A stretch of 64,000 nt of DNA from Malacoraja senta (lineage: Eukaryota), in NCBI GenBank assembly GCA_038087875.1, contig CM075988.1, positions 12,588,001-12,652,000 of the forward strand, given 5' to 3'. Below, piece after piece: positions 10,108 to 22,156 of this stretch. Under the pieces are notes generated by a model. It did no database searches, was not told the DNA's origin, and worked only from the letters and a program-made list of their open reading frames with translations. Within the stretch, counting starts at the first letter, position 1, and each line of letters opens with the position of its first letter. The position numbers were made by a program, and so were the translations under genes.

Positions 10108-12115
10108 TGGCAGGAATTCTGCACTGTGCCACCAAACTCAAGGATGGTGGAGCTTGTGAAATTGGCCAGCCACGGCCATCCCAAGCAAGGGTTGGCATGT
10201 AGGGAACCTATCTACTGGTTCCAGGCAGAAGTCTCAGCACAGCAAGATCTGGCCATTGATGACATTGAGCACTGACTGCTCTGAACATAGGTCCCAATGT
10301 TCGGCTTCAGTGCATTCATCTGGATCCGTCTGCATTAATGTCGTTCTGAAGGGGTTGTGCAATACTTCACACTTCTTCTATCATGTAAATTAACAATGCA
10401 CCAGCTCATAATCTCATGTTACTTGAACAGAAGTGTTTAATTAAAACTTGACTCCTTGGGGAATATCGTTAGTTCTTGAGCAAGTGATCATCTTATTCAT
10501 GCTGTTCATTAAATTATAATTGGGCACAAAGCTCAGAAACCATGTAGCGTGGGAGGGTGTGATGGTGGAGGGCAGAGGGTGGGATGGTGGGGAATGGGAG
10601 CAGAAATACTTCCATCCACCGAATGAACCAAAATCTGAAACAATTACAACAATTAGTATTCTTTATTATGTTTCATGGAATCGGTTCACAAGAGCACTCT
10701 GATCACTGTTGTAAACATAGGTTTGAATTATAGGACTGTATATCATTGCCATATCAATGTAATGACGAACCCATGGGAATCCAACTCCAGTGCTCATAAG
10801 TGATAGCAGCAAAGCAAAATATATGTACCAATGGATGATGCAAATATCGTGAGATGCCACATGGAAGTTTAAAATCTGCATGTCTCAATTATTCAATTTG
10901 CCATACTTCAATGTGAACCATGAGGGCAATGACTACATTGCGTAGAGGGCCATGCATAGCTGAGTGTACTCTACAGTGGGTCCAATGACAGCTCACCTCA
11001 TTACAATGCATCATGTTTCTCAAGTTGAATATTTTGAAGCAAACAATAGGGTTGTATTCAATTATTATGTGTGGACCTTTGTAATCTGTGTTCACCTGTC
11101 CTGTCGAGTACATGGCGTCCTACCTTACAGAATGGTCACTTGTACAGTGTGTTGTGCCCACACACTCGAGGACATTGCTTCTACTCCAGCAAATATAGTA
11201 AGTCTCACTGGAGAATTTTCCTCACATTGGTGCACGGACGAATCAGTTAAATCTCATTTGTACCTGAAACAATAGATAATAAGCTAGAAACAGATGTTTC
11301 AGATAAATGTGACATGAATTAAGTTAGTATTTTAGCACAAAGTAATTAATAGAATTTTCAAAAGATATGATTCGAGCATGTGCGGTCCAAAAAAAGCCTC
11401 AGACATAGTTCATGGTGTTGTATTAACTGCCCCATCATTCAAAAATGTGCAGGCTTTCTCCTCAATCACTTCCTCCTTTCATACCAAATCCCTTGATTCT
11501 CTTGGTACGCAAAAATGCAAATAGAGATACATATATTTATGCGCATGTGTGTGTGTGTATGTACATATGTATATGTATGTGTATGTATATAAATAAATAT
11601 ATATATCGATCAATATCGATATATGTATATGTACATATCTGATATCTCTGTTATGTGAAGCATTCTTCGACGGACCTCTTGGCAAACAGTCTGTCAGGAT
11701 TCATCGCCTCCTCCTGCATAGTCTTGACAACATTTCATGGCAACATTTCATTTCACTCTCAGATTAGCTTGCAGCCAAAGGCAATATTCTGCACAGACCT
11801 TTCTATGACGGACAGGTACTATATCCAATTGTAAGGCATGTTTCACGACAACCAGACCAGACCCATCCCTTGCATCACTGCGGATAGATCCTTTGCACAC
11901 ACTCACATATGACGTTGCAAACCCTATGTCTACTCAGCTTGATGCAGTCAAAGATGGCCATTAGAATAAGAGAGGCAATGCGCATATTACTCTAACCCCT
12001 TCCCCACTAAATCTCTCTGGAGATTTGCATGTGTCTACATGGACAGGCATGAGGAAGAGTATTAAAATTCGAAAGAACCCGAAGAGGAAACTTCCTCACG
12101 CTAGATTTCCTGCCC
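10108..12115 (-). mobile_element. Possible ancient PIF/Harbinger element with transposase relic
   Basis: Minus-strand fragments PSTQCSH/ALMVHIEV, CGISR, GFPWVRHYID...SALVNRFH (10670-10960) resemble HARBI1-type transposase motifs; weak terminal inverted match TGGCAGGAATTCT / AGATTTCCTGCCC. Confidence 0.35.
11520..11645. repeat. Mixed (TG)/(TA)/(TATG) microsatellite
   Basis: Directly visible simple repeats. Confidence 0.9.
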
Positions 12116-14687
12116 AGATACATACACAAGCTGAACCCTCATTATTAGTGTCATAATAACAAAGGCTCACAATGTTAAAGCAATAAACATGTTTATTGGT
12201 TCAGATGCAAAGACAAAAGATTATTGCTCACTCTTCTCAATATTTAACCAAAATAATATTTTGGTTGAATTATAGTTTAGAGCGGCGAGAAAAAAGTAAA
12301 TAATAATTAATCATCTGCAAAATGCTTGCATGCCATCAAGCTCTCATTTGATTGAATTTTCAGATCAAATCCTTGAAGATTGATGATAATGTTGCAATAT
12401 TGAAATACAAACACATTTTAATCATTTGAACATTTGTTATCTTATCTGTTAGCTTCAGAATGTAATCTAAATTAATTGGGCCTCATTCTTTACTTTGTGA
12501 CCATATATTCAGTAAAACACTCAATGCATATTTAATCAGCATGTTGTTTCTCTGTTAAATATTGATTTAAGCCAATTCATATAGCCTGATTAGTCCTCTG
12601 AATAATCAGTGGAATAACCAGCTATCCAAACAATTACTTGACACTGGTGCCGACTTCAGCATGTCTGCAGTTTGACCAAATATCTCATGAACCATGGGAT
12701 GGAATGAAAGTAATCTGTTCAGCTTTAGAAATATAATTTAAAACGTGTGTATATAGAGATTGCATTTTTCAAAGTGAGGTTGCAAATCCAGCATAATGGA
12801 ACTTAGATTCTCAGCAAGGCAAAGGGGATGGCCATTCAGCCCATTGAATATTTGTTGACTATTAATAAATCAATCTATTCTGTTCAATTTTTGTTGTCTT
12901 TCCTGTGATTCTTTCAGCACCAATTTAGCCAAGTGCATTGTTTTTAGCTTAAGCATGAATTTAGCTTAATTTAGCTTAAGCATGTTGAATGGAAGTTTCT
13001 CTATCTTACACAACAGATCAATTTATTTCTACTTCAGTGTGACAGTATTTCTACATCTACATCTCCTTGTGGAATATGCAATCAAGCATTTTCTCTGCAG
13101 TAGATGTGGCTTATTTGGAACTTGGTTGGAATAAAGTAAGTTCTAATCCTACAGTAGGAGAACGATGTGAGGAATGTCTAAAGTGGAGCCAATGGAAGAA
13201 ATGGGTTTGAACTGCCTTTGTGATTCCAATTCAATGTAATTAAGAAGATGTTGAAGAAAGACTGAGGCTGCCCATGCAGCTTGATATACCTGACTTGTGG
13301 TGATTCTTCTCAACTTGCATTGCTATCAATCTGTGGATCATAACTTGAACTTTGGTTACTATCTCTAAATACCAGTTATTGATTCCTGGACGGCATGTTA
13401 CCCGATTCAAGATGATGATGGGAGGCACTGTCACACTTCAGATTAGGGTTAGTAATGTGGTTCAAAAAGCAAACTGCTGGAGGAACTCAACTGGTCAGGT
13501 AGCATCTGTGGAGGGATATGGATGGATGGTTTCAGGTCAGGACCCTTCTTCAAACTGATGGGATGTTGGAATGGAAAATACTGCTTGGCAAATTGCGATA
13601 TTGAGGAGAGCTTCAGACAGGCGAGTTTCAGATTGACTGTGAGAGTGGGAATGGGATGCTGGGTTCGATGCAAGACGCAGTTAAGTATTTCATTTACCTT
13701 TGCAGTTTTCGCACCTAGTGCTATGGGAGTCAGGTCATTTATTTCCCAGTTGTCTTAACAACAGGCACCCCAGGCAACATGCTCCTTCTCCCACTGCTGC
13801 ACACCAAGGGAAATGCCATAGTGAGCACAGTATCGTTTTGCAAGGACCCAAAGCAACAATGACGACTGGTTTGCAAGGGTGTCTGGTTAAATATTCCAGT
13901 GACAAGATATTCCACAGAAATGGTCATTCATGTCTTCACTCAAGAAGGCTAATACTGATGTTCAGTTGCACAATGCTAAAATAAAGATGCATCATGCAAC
14001 AAAATGTTAATTCTTATTCCTCCTTCAATGTTCTTGAAATATTTCTTCATCTCCCCTCTAATCCTTCAATTTATTACTGTAGATCTTTTTTCCCTGGTCC
14101 TTATTTTCTTAGTTCTTCATAATTTAAAATGCCTCAATTTAGCCTTGCGTTGAATCCTCTACTCCAACAGAAACATTCCCAGTTTATCCGATCTTCCCCC
14201 ATTTACACGTAGATCTATGTTCCCTGTCTTGATATAGTCAACAGCACATCAGCACATCCATTTCAGTGTATGGTTTTTTGGGAATTAAACTAGTTTAGGA
14301 AAGCTCAAATTGAATAAATAGGGGGCGTCAGAATGGGAGCGAATTCAAATTCTGGACGATTATTCAAGATCAAAGCCCAAAGGCCCAAGATCCCAAAACT
14401 GGTTGTGTGTTGGAGAAAAAAATCCATGTTTCAGGACAGAGATAGTCTGATCAGTTGGGCAGTAAAGGGCAAATTGGCACTGCTCCAATGAAGTGTGAAT
14501 GAGCAGTGAGAAGTGTGGATGTACAGAGGGACCTTGTATTGTATGTTCATTGATCCTTAAAGATAGCTGAGGTGGTTAAAAAGGCCTAGCAATGCTATAA
14601 GAGAGTAAATAATCAGCAAAAAGAAGTTCTGGATACATGCTCAGCAATTTAGGAAGCATCTTTGGAGAAACAAAAAGTTAATATTTC

Positions 14688-15070
14688 AGATGTGAACGCA
14701 GCTCAAACCATCACGCAAACCAACCTCCCTTCCATTCATTCCATCTACACTTCACGTTGCCCGGGCAAGGCCACCAGCATAATCAAGGACCAGTATCACC
14801 TTGCTCACTCCCACATCTCCCCTCTCCCATCAGGCAAGAGGGACAGAAGTTTGAAAACACATACCTCCAGATTCAGGGAAAGTTCCTTCTCAGCTGTTAT
14901 CAGGCAACTGAACTGTCCTCTCACCAGCTAGTGAGCGGTCCTGAACTCATTTCTACCACATTGGAGACCTACAAACTAACATCAGTCGCACCGTATGGAC
15001 GTTATCATGCACTAGGTGTTATACCCTTTATCCTGTAACTGTGCACTGGTTAGCTCGAATGGCAAAAAAA
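14688..15070 (+). mobile_element. Rex/Babar-type LINE 3' fragment
   Basis: Peptide AQTITQTNLPSIHSIYTSRC...PLPSGKR..SLKTHTSRFRES; homologous to 45418-45906. Confidence 0.8.
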
Positions 15071-15477
15071 GTCTTCCTCTTAATGTACCAAATCGCTTTA
15101 TCGTATTTTGCAAAATGCACCAAAACACCATGTAATGAAAATTGTCAAGTGTTTACCTCGAATCAAGCATGATAAGGACTCCCAAATACCTTCTGTTCAT
15201 TATGATAATGTGATCTTGGTTTCCTTTTGAGGAAAGAAACCATTTTGTTTTGGGAGCATGTGGAATGCGTGTCATTTTTATACAATACATGGGGTATCAT
15301 ACACAGAAACACTGCTGCTTGAGGTGCCGTTGCTCAGACACTCATTGTGGATACAAAATGCATGGCCTGCTGGATCTGCAATGAAAACCCTAAGACTAGG
15401 CACCTGCTCAGGTAATTAATGTAATGAATAAGTATGCAGTGAGTTCCCATAAGAATTTTTATGTTGGACAGAATTCT

Positions 15478-17485
15478 TTTTTTTTTGTGATTAATATTTT
15501 TATTAGAAGCAACATATTATAAAGTATAGTAACATATTATAATAGAAAAAAAAACTTTTCATATACATCAATCATACATTATTAAAATTGTCAGTTGTCA
15601 ATTAATTCTGCTTCTAGTGGTTTTTTAAATATAGATAGAAAAGGAGAGGTAGAAAGAAGAAAGCATTACAAATATCGAGAAGGAAAAAAACGAGGTGGAA
15701 TGAGTTACTTATAATACGTCATTGGAGATAAGTTCGTAGGTTATGTAATATAATTTTACATCTAATCCTGAGTTCAAGCTTCAGTTGGGTTTTCGTGCTG
15801 GGCCCATCTATCCCTTCAAATAGTTAATGAATGGAGCCCATATTTTAACAAAAAGTTCTTGTTTGTCCATTAAGACAAGTCTAATTCTTTCTAGATGTAG
15901 GGTCTCCGACATTTCCACAATCCACATTTTAATTGTGGTGGTTATAGGACCTTTCCAAAATTTTAATATTAATTTTTTCCCAGTTATTATACTGTAGTCA
16001 AGGAAGTTTCTTTGGCTTGTTGTGAGTATTAAACTTTGTTCTGATATCCCAAGTATTATTAATTTTGAGTCTGGATCCAATTTAGTATTAACAACTTCAG
16101 AAATTATTTCAAAAATATCAATCCAGAAATTTTTGATTTTTATGCAATTTGCAAAAGTATGTGTTAAATTGGCCTCTAGATGTAGGCATTTATCACAGAT
16201 AGGAGAAATATGTGGGAAGATTCTATTTAGTTTTATTTTGGAGTAATGTAATCTGTGTAAGACTTTAAATTGTATTAAAGCATGTCTGGCATTTAACGAG
16301 CATTGATGTATATCTTGTAAACTTTCGTCCCAAATGTCTTTTGTTATAGAGTGACCTAACTCATTTTCCCATGTGTGTCTATATAGATCCATCGGTGGTA
16401 CCTCATTGTTTAAGAGGATGTTATAAATATAAGCTATTAATTTTTCAGTTAGGATGCTTATTCAAACATTCATCAAGAATTTCTGGTTCCCTAGTCCTGT
16501 ATACTTGTGTATTAGATTTAACATAATCTCTAATTTGTAGATATCTGAAAAAAATATTTGAGTGTAGTCCATAATTCTGTTGTAACTCTTGAAATGACAG
16601 AAAGATGCCTTCCCTATAAAGATGTCCAATGTTTTTAATTCCATAATTTTTCCATTGTATAAAACCTCTATCCAATATGGATGGCTTGAATAAAGGATTA
16701 TTTACAATGGGAAGACATAGTGGTATATTATTCAGTTTTAAAGCTTTTTTTAAATTGTTTCCAAATTCGTATTCCACTATGTATTATAGGGTTTTCCTTA
16801 TAGGTTTTTTTATGCAATTTTGTGGGAGCAAATATAATCGAACCAATTTCAAAAGGTAAACAGTCTTCCTTTTCCATCCTTAACCAATCTGGATATTGAT
16901 CCATTTCTTCCAGCCTGAAATTCATGTTTTTAATATGGACTGCCCAAAAATAAAATAAGAAATTTGGTAAAGCCAAACCTCTGTTGCTCTTTGACTTACA
17001 TAAATGTTTTTTACTTATTCTATGATTCTTATAATCCCAAATAAAGCTTGTAACAATGGAGTCGACTTTTTTGAAAACGTTTTTGGGGATATATATCGGA
17101 ATTAATTGAAATAGGTAAAGTAGTTGCGGTAAGAAGATCATTTTTATAGCATTAATTCTACCAAGCATTGAAATGGGAATTGTTTTCCAGTACTGAATAT
17201 TCTTGTGTAATTTATTAAGTAAGGGTGGAAAATTTAGTTTAAATAAAGAGGTATATGTCTTAGTTACATAGATTCCTAAATATTTAAGTTAATCTTTAAC
17301 TATTTTAAAAGGGGATTGTTGCAATGTATTTAAATTGAATTTAGTTATTGGCATGATTTCACTTTTATTCCAGTTAATTCTATATCCTGAGAACTGACCA
17401 AATTGAGTTATTAGATTTAATAGATTTGGAATACTAGTTTCTAACTTTGTGATATATATTAGTACATCATCTGCATATAAGGAAA
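15478..17485 (-). mobile_element. 5'-truncated L1-clade LINE (ORF2 RT C-terminal half, disrupted)
   Basis: ISLYADDVL...FSGYRINWNKS, GRINAIKM..LPQLLYLF, GLALPN, CDKC...HTFANC zinc knuckle; AATAAA and poly(A) on minus strand; 14-bp TSD TTGGACAGAATTCT at 15464-15477 and 17486-17499. Confidence 0.93.
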
Positions 17486-17845
17486 TTGGACAGAATTCTA
17501 ACAGACATATTAGCCCTGCCTTGTCAAACCAATATATGTATTTGTCAGACGCAATAAATTGCATTTCACACATGTGCAAAACTAAATCTTTGCAGAATTA
17601 CATGTTTTAGATGTATTCAGTTCTTTAATGGCTAGCCTACGGCTAGTTTTTCTGGTCCAATAATTGATTATTGATCCCTTAATCAGTGTGAGAATATTTT
17701 ATTGGGATTGTCTGGTGCCCAATGGTATTTCACTCAAAGTGAATTGGAATGTTTTAGGCTCCCTTTTATGATTGTCTTTGCTTCTCACAAATTTGGATGG
17801 TAAACCTCATTAAGCAATAATAAGGCAAAGTTGATATTCACGTAC

Positions 17846-18153
17846 AAGGGGAATCGAGAACCAGAGGACATAGGTTTAAGGTGAGGGGGGGGGGGATATT
17901 TAATAGGAACCTGAGGGGTAACTTTTTCACGCAAAGGATGGTCAGTGTACGGAACGAGCTGCCAGAAGAGGTCGTTGAGGCAGGTACTATCACAATGTTT
18001 AACAAACATTTAGACAGGTACATGGATAGGACAGGTTTAGAGGGATATGGACCAAATGCAGGCATGTGGGACTAGTGCAGATGGGACATGTTGGCTGGTG
18101 TGGGAAAGTTGGGCCAAAGGGCCTGTTTCCACGATGTAAGACTCGATGACTCT
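17846..18153 (+). mobile_element. CR1 LINE 3' fragment
   Basis: RNLRGNFFTQRMVSVRNELPEEVVEAGTITMFNKHLDRYM; tail GGGCCAAAGGGCCTGTTTCC shared with the V-SINEs. Confidence 0.9.
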
Positions 18154-18216
18154 GTGACATGGTTACATTAAGGCTTAGACCACTATGTGTTCAGAATCAT
18201 AGGGAAATAGAGCACA

Positions 18217-18446
18217 GAGGCACATTGGCACAGAAGTAGAGCTTTGACCGGACAGCGCCTGAGTCCAGGTGACAATGTGGGTTTTCTTCAGGTGCTCTCG
18301 TTTCCTCCCTCTTTCCAAAGAGGTTTGTAGGTTTATTGGCCTTTGTAAATTGTGTAGGATGCGAAAGTGGGATAACATAGAACTAGTGTGCGGGTGAGCA
18401 ATGGTGAGCGTGGACTTGGTGGGCGCTGAATCTCTTAACTAAATTA
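18217..18446 (+). mobile_element. Degraded V-SINE
   Basis: Partial head, TTTCCTCCC...CCAAAGA..GGTTTGTAGG body. Confidence 0.65.
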
Positions 18447-18447
18447 A

Positions 18448-18740
18448 AGAAACAGGCCCTTCTGCTCAACCAGTCTAGGCTGATTAACCAATCGTTTACA
18501 CTAATTTTACATTAATCTCACTTTTTTTATTCTCCCCACATTCTCATCATCTTCTAGGTTCAAATAACTGTGGCCAATTAACCAACCAATCCACATGTCT
18601 TTGGGATGCAGGTGAAAAACTCACATGGTCACAGAGAGAAAATGCAAATCCTATATAGGCAGCAACTGAGATCAGGATTGAACCCAGATCTCTGGTGCTG
18701 TGAAGCAACTACTCTACCTTCTGTACCACTGTGCCACCCA
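18448..18740 (-). mobile_element. Degraded V-SINE
   Basis: Reverse-complement head (GATTGAACCCAG...CACTGTGCCACCC) and tail (AAACAGGCCC). Confidence 0.7.
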
Positions 18741-18807
18741 TATATTATGTTCACAAGTATCTGCATTTCGGGAAATCTGGACCACGGTGGGATGAACTGA
18801 CCTTTCC

Positions 18808-19115
18808 TTTAGAGATACAGGTTGGAAACAGGTCCGTCGACCCGCTAAGTCCATGCCAACCATTGATCACTTGTTTCCACTCGTTCTATGTTGTCCCATT
18901 TTGGCAGCCACTCCCTTCACATGAGGGACAATTTTACAGAGGCCAATGGACTTACAAACCCACACATCTTTGGAATGTGGGTGGAAACCAGAGCACCCAG
19001 AGCAAATCCATGAGGTCACAGGGAGAACTTGCAAGCTCCACACAGACAGCATCCAAAGTCAGTATCAAACCCAGGTCTGTGAGGCAGCAACTCTACCAGC
19101 TGTATCACTGCACCC
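18808..19115 (-). mobile_element. V-SINE
   Basis: Reverse-complement body TCTTTGGAATGTGGG, head GAGGCAGCAACTCTACC. Confidence 0.75.
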
Positions 19116-20310
19116 TTGAACTGCACTCTTAAAATCAATGTTCAGCAAGCAATTGCTCTCTGTGAGAGATAAGGGTTCATATATTTACAGTTTGGTTGGC
19201 AGGGAGAAAGCTCTAATCCTTGGGGGACTATTTGAGAGATGTCTCAAGTGGAGCCAAAGAGGACAGTAGGTTTGAACTGCCACTCTGATCCTGATTTGCT
19301 CTGTGTTAACAAGAATGTATTGTGCAAAGATTGGGACTCAATGTGACAGAATTGTGAATGCTCCAGAATTGTCACTGCAGTCACTGGATGGTTCAGAAAT
19401 TGAACTTTAGTTCCTGGTCTCATTATCCCCCTTTATTTCCTCTCTTGGACACTGGAAGTAGTCAATAATGTAAACGATCAAATAACATGTCTGAAGCAGG
19501 GGGTTACCTCTTCCGGAACTTTCTGTACTGAAACACCAGAACCAGTTGGTTGGATAATACAGTTCTTCAAAGAATGACAACAACATTATCGTATAATCAT
19601 TTTCATAGGACACTGACGTCACGTCCTTTTTCAATAATCACTTAAAAAGGGAAAGAAAATCCATCCATCTGAATGTCCCATCTGTGCGTGCTTTATTATG
19701 GAAACAAGTTCCATAGGTACATAGGTCAATATACTATCCTCTGCATTTGGGGATGACTACTTGTAGTTCCCAGTGATCTGTCTTCAAACTGATGTCTTTG
19801 TAGTCTGCATTGGTGGTGGTGTTTCCTCTGCTTTCTCTTGCCTCCTTCAGCAAGACTCACATAAACAGGTCAGCTCCCTTCATGTCTGACCGTTCAGTGA
19901 ATCACTCCTCATCATCCAGTTATGATGTTCCTTTATCACTATCACCTGCTCTACTGTATTACTTTCAAATATGGCCGCGCCAATTTCCTGGTCCACCACG
20001 ATCAGTCCTGGATTGTGGTGATCACCTTTGTCAATGAGCACCTTGCAGCTGGCTTCATGTGATTTATTGATTTCAACTGCACTGGCTTGCTTTAGAACAG
20101 TGGTTCTTAACCTGGGGGCCGGGAATTTTCTGAAATCTCAGAAAATGTTTGCATATATTTTGTGAAGACTGGCATTGACATTTTGTGTGAGCCTACATAG
20201 TTTTATATATCGTAATTCGTAGAAATTGTGATCCATAATAAAGCGGGGAATTTTAACTGGCTGGTGTGTGGTCGGGGTAACCCGAATAAAAGATGGGGAA
20301 GGGGAAGACC

Positions 20311-20715
20311 CATCACTAATGATGGATCCACCCTGTAGGAGGGGGGAGCACTAGGACCCTGCAGAGTCATCACTACTGATGGATCCACCCTGTAGGAGGG
20401 GGGAGCACTAGGACCCTGCAGAGTCTTTACTGATGGATCTTCCCTGTGGGGGGGGGGGGGCTGGGGGGCAGGAGCACTAGGACCCAACAGAGTCATCATT
20501 ACTGATGGGTTTTCCCTGTAGGGGGGTGGAGCACTAGGGCCCATCAGAATCATCACTACTGATGGGTCTTCACGGTAGGGGGGGGGGGGCACTCGGACCC
20601 AGCAGAGTCATCACTACTTAGGAGGGGGAGCACTAGGACCCAGCAGAGTCATCACTACTGATGGGCCTTCACTGTGGGGGGGGGGGGGGAGGGGGGGACA
20701 TTAGGACACAGCAGA
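20311..20715. repeat. G-rich minisatellite, ~57-bp unit, about 7 copies
   Basis: Unit CATCACTACTGATGGATCCACCCTGTAGGAGGGGGGAGCACTAGGACCCTGCAGAGT with variable poly-G length. Confidence 0.9.
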
Positions 20716-21151
20716 GACAGACCACGTGCTGTCTGGATGGTGGAGGTTGTGGGCCTGGTGCTGAGCCAGGAACTCTGTTGAGGTGACGGCTCTGTCCCGC
20801 TGGTGGCCGGTGGAGAGGCGAGGGTCGGCGGAGTCGCTGGTGGAGGCCCGTGGGGAGCTGGAGTAGAGAAACAGGCAGCAGCATCGGTGGCTTTCTGAAG
20901 ACAGTGAAAGTCGGGGAGGTGGTGAGAGTCGGCAGGTGCGGCTGTTTCAGTTGTCCGGGCCTGGGTTTGGATGTGGGTGTGAGTGGGTGTGTCAGTGGGT
21001 GTGGGTGGGTCAGCGGGTGTGGGTGTGTGTGTGAGTGGGTGTATGTGAGTGGGTGAGTGAGTGTGTGTCTGAGTGTGTGTGTTAGTGGGAGGGTGAATTT
21101 TGTAAATGCAGTTAAAACCATTCGATCTGTTGAACGTTAATAGAGTATAGA

Positions 21152-21322
21152 CTTGGTGACCTGTTTCCAAATGTTTGTGTTAGCTTAAGAATACTATTAA
21201 CAATTCCAGCAACAGTAGCTTCTGCAGAGAGGTCATTTAGCAAACTCACACTGATTAAGAATGATTTAAGGTCTATAATGTCTCAGGAACGTCTTGTGGA
21301 TTTGGCCAGGCTAAGTATTTAA
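21152..21322 (+). pseudogene. hAT transposase dimerisation-domain fragment (Tip100/ZMYM1-like)
   Basis: Manual translation: LGDLFPNVCVSLRILLTIPATVASAERSFSKLTLIKNDLRSIMSQERLVDLARLSI*. Confidence 0.85.
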
Positions 21323-21450
21323 AGTCAATTTTATTCGTCACATGCCCCCGAAGGTGCAGTGAAATGAATTTGCCAGCAGCGATACACTTAAAAAGAACAC
21401 ACAATACACAAGGTGGAAGGCAACAAGGTTCAGCAAGTCCTCCTCCTTTA
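21323..21450 (-). mobile_element. LINE-type 3' tail fragment (same family as 63393-63592)
   Basis: TTTTATTC.TCACATGC...GCAGTGAAATGAATTTGCCAGCAGCG shared with ~63410-63462. Confidence 0.7.
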
Positions 21451-21454
21451 AAAA

Positions 21455-21754
21455 GCCAGAGAAGAGCTCCTTCGTGAAGATGCGCAGCTCAATAGTGATT
21501 TCATGGAACAAGAGCTCGCCACGTTTTGGCTGAAAGTGAAGGACTGTCCTGTTTTTTCGAAGAGGGCCCTTACCCTATTGGTCCAGTCCCCCTCAACTTA
21601 TCGCTGTGAGGCTGGATTCTCAGCCATGGTAACTCTGAAAACAAAGGTACGCAATAGGCTTGTGATCAACGCTGACATGAGGTGCTGCCTGTCGAGCATT
21701 CATCCTCGTTTTGATTGCCTGATGGCTGCAAAGCAATTTCAGCCATCCCATTGA
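21455..21754 (+). pseudogene. Charlie/Buster-type hAT transposase C-terminus (ZBED5/8-like)
   Basis: FWLKVKDCPVFSKRALTLLVQSPSTYRCEAGFSAMVTLKTKVRNRL...DMRCCLSSIHPRFDCLMAAKQFQPSH. Confidence 0.88.
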
Positions 21755-22156
21755 CTGAGCATTGGCAGACATGTTTTAATAAATCAGGCTGGTTTTTTTT
21801 CAAGTTTTGTTTCGGGGGGTCACGGTACTGACCAAGAATGTCTGAAGGTGTCGTGGGGCCAAAAAGGTTAAGAACCACTGTTTTAGAATAACATGCAGCT
21901 CCCAAGTCAAGTCAAGTCAAAATGCCACTATTTGTTTATCCACCACTAGCATCTTGGTGTACATACAATTCGTGTGTATTTGGCACCTGTATCTTGGTTT
22001 CCACTGGCAATCATCTCACCCTCTTTATGATCATTTAGTGCTTACCTTATCTGCTCCATGGACTTTTGATATCCGCCTCAGTGTGCCATGTTTGGAGAAA
22101 TAAGTTTTCAATCCGCATCCCACTCCCATTTTCCTTTATGGAGAGCAATACCTTTA

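Larger units (their letters stand above)
20098..21880 (+). mobile_element. Composite non-autonomous hAT (Charlie-type termini)
   Basis: 16-bp TIRs CAGTGGTTCTTAACCT / AGGTTAAGAACCACTG; 8-bp TSD CTTTAGAA (20090-20097) / TTTTAGAA (21881-21888). Confidence 0.88.

Noticed and set aside
20311..20715. CRISPR-like array
   Set aside because: Units are head-to-tail with no unique spacers, there are no cas genes, and the context is eukaryotic
20203..21170. Pro/Thr/His-rich minus-strand ORFs (129-171 aa)
   Set aside because: Produced by the 57-bp minisatellite and GT-rich repeats inside a transposon
21503..21754. Domesticated ZBED-family gene
   Set aside because: Only the C-terminal ~100 codons remain, inside TIRs and a TSD; it is a transposon remnant
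21902..21920. (CAAGT)n run as a separate element
   Set aside because: Resembles a Rex-type tail with no body; too short to support a call
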